Origin: the human T2T-CHM13v2.0 reference genome, Homo sapiens
Direction: 5' to 3' (one strand)
DNA length: 64,000 nt
Assembly: GCF_009914755.1 (NCBI RefSeq)
Contig: NC_060927.1
In this document: positions 57,499-64,000 of the stretch, piece by piece
Numbering within the stretch: position 1 is the first letter of the stretch
Layout: each line of letters opens with the position of its first letter
Position numbers and translations under genes: made by a program
Notes under the pieces: model-generated
What the model saw: the letters and a program-made list of their open reading frames with translations, nothing else
Database searches by the model: none
Told to the model about the DNA's origin: nothing

Positions 57499-57513
57499 TT
57501 TATTGCCTTTAAT
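57499..57513 (-). terminator. Candidate GP5 poly(A) signals
   Basis: ATTAAA (57513-57508) and AATAAA (57504-57499) on -, ~1.5 kb past the stop, in or near a MIR. Usage not provable from sequence. Confidence 0.35.
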
Positions 57514-58161
57514 TCTCACAAAAACTCTACGAAGCAGGTACTATGTTATCCTGTTTTAAGGTTCAGGAAACCAAGGCTTAGAGAATGTAAGCAGGTGTCT
57601 TACCCAAAGTCCCATGCAGTTAGTAAGTGGTAGAGCTGGGATTTGAACCCACAGTTGTCAACTCGCCAGCCCCTGTTTTAACCACTGCCTCTCATAAGCA
57701 CAGACATTCAATTAAAGCAACAAAGGTTTTACGGCTTTCAGTTGGAAGAACAAATGAGACTGTGACAGCAGCTGAACTAGAATCAAGCTTATCATTATAT
57801 TCATGAATACCAGTCACATGTTAACTGCTCCATAAATGCTTGTGAAATGAGGTGGCAGAGTTCCAGGAAATGCAAATCAATCCAGTTTCAAAATGACATG
57901 TTGCATGGATGTAAAGCAAGTGGAAACTCACAGGAGGCTCAGGAAACACGCTGGACCTACACTGGGCACCTGGAGGGAAGGCTCCGTGTTTTCTTCCTCT
58001 CTCAGCCTCACAGAAGTCGCTTATCCTGAAAATGCTCATGCATGAATGGAGTCCAGTGCTCTCCCAAGTAGCCCATAGGTCAGAGAGACATAAAGTGAGA
58101 AAAATGGAGCAAGGGAAAAAATGGCAAGAGCTCTACTTCTCAAATAAAATTCGATGAAGAG

Positions 58162-58473
58162 GGCCAGGTGTAGTGGCTTACGCCTGTAATCCCAGCACTT
58201 TGGGAGGCCAAGGCGGGCAGATCACTTGTGGCCAGGAGTTCAAGACCAGGAGTTTGAGATCAGCCAGGCCAATATGGCAAAGCCCCGTCTCTACTTTAAA
58301 AAGTACAAAAATTAGCCGGGTGTAGTGGCACACGCCTCTAATCCCAGCTACTCAGAACGCTGAGGCATGAGAATCACTTGAACCTGGGAGGCGGAGGCTG
58401 CAGTGAACTGAGACGGCCCACTGCACGCCAGCCTGGGCCACAGAGCTAGACTGTCCAAAAACAAAAACAAAAA
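58162..58473 (+). mobile_element. Alu downstream of the GP5 stop (antisense to GP5, probable 3' UTR)
   Basis: Full dimer with an internal 14-bp duplication. Confidence 0.9.
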
Positions 58474-59018
58474 ATTAGATAGAGCAACAGCCTATCCTTT
58501 CCCTCCAGGAAAAGCCATCATCACTTGGATGGCATGTGTTCCTTTATCCACGCATTGATTTCACAAACATTTACCGGCTTACTCTGTGCAGGAGACAGGC
58601 CCCGGCCTGGAGCTGTCCCCTTACTCAGTAGACACTGAAGAGGCCCCTCTCTCCACCAGACGCCAAGCCAGGCACAGCGGAGCACGGATGGGTCCAACAC
58701 AGTCCAGCGCCCCCGGCAGTGTCAGCGCACACCCGCGTGGGAGCTGGGGAAGGCAGGCAACCACAGTTTACAAACGTCAAGCTCAGTTTCCAGGAACGGG
58801 CGGGGGACACAGAGAGGAGGGGTTGCGGGCCTGTGAGAATGAAGAGCACAGAGCGGAGAGGGGGAGGAGGAGGGAAAGGAAGGCGTGGCAGTGAGAGAGA
58901 AGAGGAAGAAGAGAGGAGGAGTGGGGAGGGGAGGGAGAGCAAGACAGCAGCGGGTCTGGATTCCCCTCCGAGCCACATCTGGTCAGGTTCTAAGTAATTA
59001 GAAGATTTTCCCATTGGT

Positions 59019-60701
59019 TTACCCAAGGGCTCTCTCTCTGATTAATTTTCGAAAGAGTTGGCCAATTTTAATCATAGCAAACACGATGATCACGGTGATC
59101 ATGGCCTGAACAGCTAAAAGCAGAAAATAAAACCCCCAGAACGGACTATGATCTTGACCTTTGCCCGTGGTCACCGGCTGGGCCCACACCCAGGGTTCTG
59201 AGCTGTTGGGAGCCAAGGCTGGGTGGACAGGGGCTTCCGAGGAGCTGTCCGCAGCGGGGCGGGGAGGCGGGCCCCGGGGGCCCGGGCACTCCGCGTCACC
59301 CCCCGGCAGGGCCCAGAGCGGCAGGCCGGCGTGCGCCCCAGGGCCTGCGCACCGTGGGGGCTCTTCCCCGCCCACGAGGCCTAGGTGCTGCCGCAGCCAC
59401 CCCAGGAAGGGCCCCAGGCCACAGTCGCAGCGCCAGGAGTTGTGCCCCAACAGGACCTCCGTCAGCCGGGGCAGAGCCCCAAACACGTCGCCAGGCAGGG
59501 TCTCCAGCTGGTTGTGGTCGAGCTGGACGCTCTCCAGGCTGCTGAGATTGCGGAAGAGGGCACGGGGCAGGGCGCGCAGCCTGTTGCGGCGCAGGGACAC
59601 CTGGCGCAGCTTGCCGAGGCCGCGCAGCAAGCCGTCGGGGAGGGCGGTCAGGCCGTTGGAGTGCAGGGCGAGCACCTGGAGCTCGCCAAGGCCCTGGAAG
59701 GCGCCCTGCGGAAGCGCGCTCAGCCGCGGGCTCAGAGTCACCCCTAAGTACCGCAGGCGGCTCAGGTTGCGGAAGGCGGCGGCGGGCAGGGTGCGCAGCT
59801 GGGTGCGGTTCAGCCACAGCTCCTGCAGGCCCCCCATCTCCCCGAAGAGCACCCCCGGGAGCTCTGCCAGCGGGTTCTCGAACAGAGTCAACAGAGTCAG
59901 ATTGTGCGAATGAAGAAAGAGCGCAGAGGGGAGAAACGCAAGGTGGTTTCTCGAAAGCGTCAAAGAACTGAGGTTTGGGAGCCGGTCGAAGGCCCCGGGT
60001 GCGATGGAACGGATGTGATTTCGGTGGAACTGCAGCTCCGTCAGGGCGCCCAGGCTGTTCAACAGCCCCGAATCCAGAGACACAAGGCGGTTCGAGTGGA
60101 GCAGAAGTCTCTCGAGCTTAGCCTGTGCTCCAAGCAACCCCTTGGGCAGGTGGGTCAGGTTGTTTCCCGATAAATCCAACAACTTCAGGTTCTCCAGATT
60201 CGTGAAGAGACTGGCAGGAAGGAAATCGAGCTGATTCTGGTTCAGAGCGAGCTCCTGCAGGTTAACCAGTTTCTGAAACATGTTTTGGTCAATGCCCCTT
60301 AGCGCATTGTGGTCCAAAAACAACTGCTCCAGGAGCACCATCTTATCCAGCAGCGCACCTGGAAGATGCGTGATTTTGTTGCGCGACAGCCTCAGGGTTT
60401 TCAGTTTTATCAGGTCACTGAAGGTGCCGGGGGCAACGGCGGAAATGTGGCTGTCGGAGATCATGAGGCGCTGCAGGACGGTCATGCCGCTGAAGCTCTG
60501 GCTCTGCAGGACGCCGCGGCCCATTCCGAAGAGCAGGATGTGCGTGAGGTTGGTGGGCAGGCCCAGCGCGGAGATGCGCGCCACGTCGCCCCCCGAGCAC
60601 TGCGCGGCGTCCCGGAAGACACACTTGCAAGCTGGCGGACAGGGGAAGGGCTGGGCGCGCAGAAGCCCGAGCACCGCGCACAGTAGAGTCCCCCTCAGCA
60701 T
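59019..60701 (-). CDS. GP5: Platelet glycoprotein V (CD42d), 560 aa, single coding exon
   Basis: [27 protein letters not shown]...: signal peptide, LRRNT, ~15 LRRs, LRRCT (NSWRCDC), thrombin site GPR|GPP (R476 codon 59276-59274), TM helix and short basic tail. Confidence 0.97.
   Translation of the reverse strand: MLRGTLLCAVLGLLRAQPFPCPPACKCVFRDAAQCSGGDVARISALGLPTNLTHILLFGMGRGVLQSQSFSGMTVLQRLMISDSHISAVAPGTFSDLIKLKTLRLSRNKITHLPGALLDKMVLLEQLFLDHNALRGIDQNMFQKLVNLQELALNQNQLDFLPASLFTNLENLKLLDLSGNNLTHLPKGLLGAQAKLERLLLHSNRLVSLDSGLLNSLGALTELQFHRNHIRSIAPGAFDRLPNLSSLTLSRNHLAFLPSALFLHSHNLTLLTLFENPLAELPGVLFGEMGGLQELWLNRTQLRTLPAAAFRNLSRLRYLGVTLSPRLSALPQGAFQGLGELQVLALHSNGLTALPDGLLRGLGKLRQVSLRRNRLRALPRALFRNLSSLESVQLDHNQLETLPGDVFGALPRLTEVLLGHNSWRCDCGLGPFLGWLRQHLGLVGGEEPPRCAGPGAHAGLPLWALPGGDAECPGPRGPPPRPAADSSSEAPVHPALAPNSSEPWVWAQPVTTGKGQDHSPFWGFYFLLLAVQAMITVIIVFAMIKIGQLFRKLIRERALG
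59240..60050. other. Intragenic CpG island in the GP5 coding exon
   Basis: Very GC-rich with dense CpG and GCGC runs. A second CpG-rich patch lies at ~60430-60755. Confidence 0.7.
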
Positions 60702-61656
60702 GTCTGAAAAAGCAACCGTGGGAGTGTGGTCAACACACAGGAGCGTTCGCGCCTGTACTGAACCCTGGGATCCTGCACTTTGTGCAGAGGCACAATCCTT
60801 TCGCCAGAATTCTCACTCCCTCTTTTCTTAGGACTACAGATTTCCCTACGTGGTGAAAAGACACTCATTCTACACTGCGTGGCCTCATGCTTTTGCTTTA
60901 TTGATTTTCCACTCTCAGTTTAAAGCATTGAGATTACAGAGTTTTCAAGCTACCGAATAGCCAATACTTTAAAGTCCTTACATAGAGAATTAAAATAATC
61001 ATTCTCACATTCAAGCTCACAGACATCACAAAGCAATGTCCATTGTGAAAACGGCTCTGCTCTTGACTTTATAACTTACCCTGCATTGGCTATAACCAAC
61101 AGTCAAGAAGGGAACAGCAAAGTCTGCAGCCACCACCATCTGATTCTTTTGCTCACAATCATGCTATTTCCACAGTACCAAGTTACTCTATTAAAGGACA
61201 CCCCCAAAACAGCGAACACCTTCAATCAACAGCCAACAAAAGCATATAATAATACCTATCACTTTACGCCATGCATTGTTCTCAGCTCTTTATTTATACT
61301 ACATGCATTTAATCCTTACAATAACCTTAGGAGGTAAGTATATTATCCCCGATTCAAGGATGAAGGCACAGAGGCACAGAAAGGCTCAACAGTATAACTA
61401 GGGTCACATAGAATTTGAGGGTAGTATTTCTGACTTAGCCATAAAGAGCTACTATTTCTAAGATGCTTAACTAAAGGTAATACTCACGGCACTGAATTTT
61501 CTGGGAAATGCACACCATACTACTAACCTGCCAAAACAATGTTTCCTAAGCGAAATTTTACATAAATTGCTTCTCGTGCAATTTTACTTCTCATGCACAC
61601 ACAGACTAAAGAGCCCTCTAATTTCCTATACTAATGTTTAAAATATTTGGCCTTAC

Positions 61657-61685
61657 CTGAAATGGTTCTGCACTCCAAAGTAACT
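61657..61685 (-). other. GP5: Non-coding exon 1 of GP5
   Basis: Inr TCAGTT with A at 61685. Donor CAG|GTAAGG at 61657/61656 and acceptor TTTTTCAG|AC ATG at 60704/60703 give a 953-bp intron. Confidence 0.8.
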
Positions 61686-61800
61686 GAAAGACTTAGAGCT
61701 CTGCATGTGATTCGACACTTTCCACAGGAAGAGGGTGGTATCCTTGCATCCTGAGGATAAAGACTTTACCAGAGTAGGTCAGGAAAGGACCCTATCTCAG
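61686..61800 (-). promoter_or_regulatory. GP5 megakaryocytic promoter (Ets and GATA sites)
   Basis: CAGGAAG at 61725-61731 (about -42), GGATAA at 61755-61760 (about -71), and a second GATA (AGATAG on -) at 61792-61797. This is the GATA/Ets layout typical of platelet genes. Confidence 0.75.
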
Positions 61801-62030
61801 AGCCCTTGTTCTGGTTTTTAATGACAAATATCTTCAAACCGAGAGACCATATATAACCTGATTCCTACTGTCAAAGCCAAGAGCAGTGGGGAGAGTTTTT
61901 CCATAAATGGCACAATATAACTCTATGATGCCAGGGAAGTTCAGTGATACAGCTGGATCACTGCAGTAGCCACACCCCTAGATGGGCCACACTTCCCCTG
62001 GGTCTTCCTTTTCATGCCACATGGCCCTAA

Positions 62031-62543
<513 letters not shown>

Positions 62544-62864
62544 TAACTGGGGAAAGTCAAACTGCTCTCCAAAGTGGTTGTGTTGGTCTACGATGACACC
62601 TGCCATTTGTGAGAGTTCCTGTGCTTCCTCTCTGCCCACACGTGGCACTTCCTGCTTTTTGCCATTTCTATGAAAGATATCTCAGCATGATTTTAACTTT
62701 TCCTTTCCCTGTTTAATGATGAACTTGAACACCTTTTCACATAATTAAGGCCCACTTGTGCTTCATTTGAGAAAGCTGGGTTTCCTTTTGCCCATTTGTC
62801 TATAGGCAAAACGTGTCTACGTGTCTTTTGAACACACTGATAATGCTGTCTGCATTAAGACTTC

Positions 62865-63614
62865 CGGCCAGCCGCCCTGTCCGGGAGGGAGGTGGGGGGG
62901 TCAGCCCCCCGCCCGGCCGGCCGCCCCATCCGGGAGGTGAGGGGCGCCTCTGCCCGGCCGCCCCTACTGGGAAGTGAGGACCCCTCTGCCCGGCCAGCCG
63001 CCCCATCCGGGAGGTGGGGGGCGCTTCTGCCCGGCCGCCCCTACTGGGAAGTGAGGAGCCCCTCTGCCCGGCCACGACCCCGTCTGGGAGGTGTGCCTAG
63101 CGGCTCATTGGGGATGGGCCATGATGACAATGGCAGTTTTGTGGAATAGAAAGGCGGGAAGGGTGGGGAAAAAATTGAGAAATCGGATGGTTGCCGGGTC
63201 TGTGTGGATAGAAGTAGACATGGGAGACTTTTCATTTTGTTCTGTACTAAGAAAAATTCTTCTGCCTTGGGATCCTGTTGATCTGTGACCTTATCCCCAA
63301 CCCTGTGCTCTCTGAAACATGTGCTGTGTCCACTCAGGGTTAAATGGATTAAGGGCGGTGCAAGATGTGCTTTGTTAAACAGATGCTTGAAGGCAGCATG
63401 CTCGTTAAGAGTCATCACCACTCCCTAATCTCAAGTACCCAGGGACACAAACACTGCGGAAGGCCGCAGGGTCCTCTGCCTAGGAAAACCAGAGACCTTT
63501 GTTCACTTGTTTATCTGCTGACCTTCCCTCCACTGTTGTCCTATGACCCTGCCAAATCCCCCTCTGCGAGAAACACCCAAGAATGATCAATAAAAAAAAA
63601 AAAAAAAAAAAAAA
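62865..63614 (+). mobile_element. 5'-truncated SVA retrotransposon (VNTR remnant, SINE-R, poly(A)) with TSD
   Basis: GC-rich VNTR units (GCCCGGCCGCCCCTACTGGGAAGTGAGGAGCCCCTCT), SINE-R ending AAACACCCAAGAATGATCAATAAA(A)n. TSD AAGACTTC at 62857-62864 and 63615-63622, with a TT|AAGA endonuclease-like site. Confidence 0.95.
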
Positions 63615-64000
63615 AAGACTTCTATCCTTCAAGACACCATAAAAAAGGGGAAAAGATAAACCACAAACTAAAGATATTTGTAACACCTATAGCTGACAAA
63701 GGCTTAATGTCAGAAGATATAAAGAATCATGGGATCCAATCCCCTTTGATGCAGCCTAATGCAGTCAGAGCCCAGTAAAGGCTGGGTTGACTGAAATTAC
63801 CTTCAAAGTCACGCAGCCCTGGACCACAGGGAAGAGCCACTGCCTCTGCCAGGTATCGCGGGAGGTCTTTCAGTTCCGATCAAGGAATGCAACTCCAGAG
63901 CCCTGAACTGCTACACTGGTGACCTGGTAAGTCCGTCATGCATAGGCACATCGAGTGAAAGCCTCCCCGCCCCCTTGCCCATGAAATTGCCAGGGAGCCA

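Noticed and set aside
60231-60269. Shared LVNLQELAL-x-QNQ peptide in GP5 and LRRC15 as possible gene conversion
   Set aside because: The matches are about three repeats out of register, differ at synonymous sites and fit the LRR consensus, so convergence is sufficient.

Overview
This is human (or very close primate) genomic DNA that I recognise from the proteins as the 3q29 leucine-rich-repeat gene cluster. Three paralogous genes lie head-to-tail on the minus strand: CPN2 (CDS 3626-5263), LRRC15 (CDS 21459-23204) and GP5 (CDS 59019-60701). Each has its whole CDS in one exon, with an intron 2-3 nt before the ATG. The rest is intronic or intergenic: about 30 Alus, old L1, L3/CR1, MIR and MER fragments, ERV1 and MaLR LTRs, a 5'-truncated SVA with TSDs, and several VNTRs. 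Almost all other ORFs in the track are antisense, Alu or low-complexity artefacts. I see no convincing new protein-coding system. The most unusual unexplained structures are: (i) a ~114-bp, ~90% identical non-Alu inverted repeat in LRRC15 intron 1, one arm split by an Alu; (ii) a 60-bp dispersed direct repeat bracketing a homeobox/TCF-motif-rich segment; (iii) a sense MER4-family LTR that probably supplies the distal CPN2 poly(A) site; (iv) an alternative LRRC15 coding exon next to or inside an L3/CR1 remnant; (v) a 65-bp VNTR in the LRRC15 3' UTR. Repeat family names, transcript ends and variant comparisons come from recall and eyeballing, not database searches.
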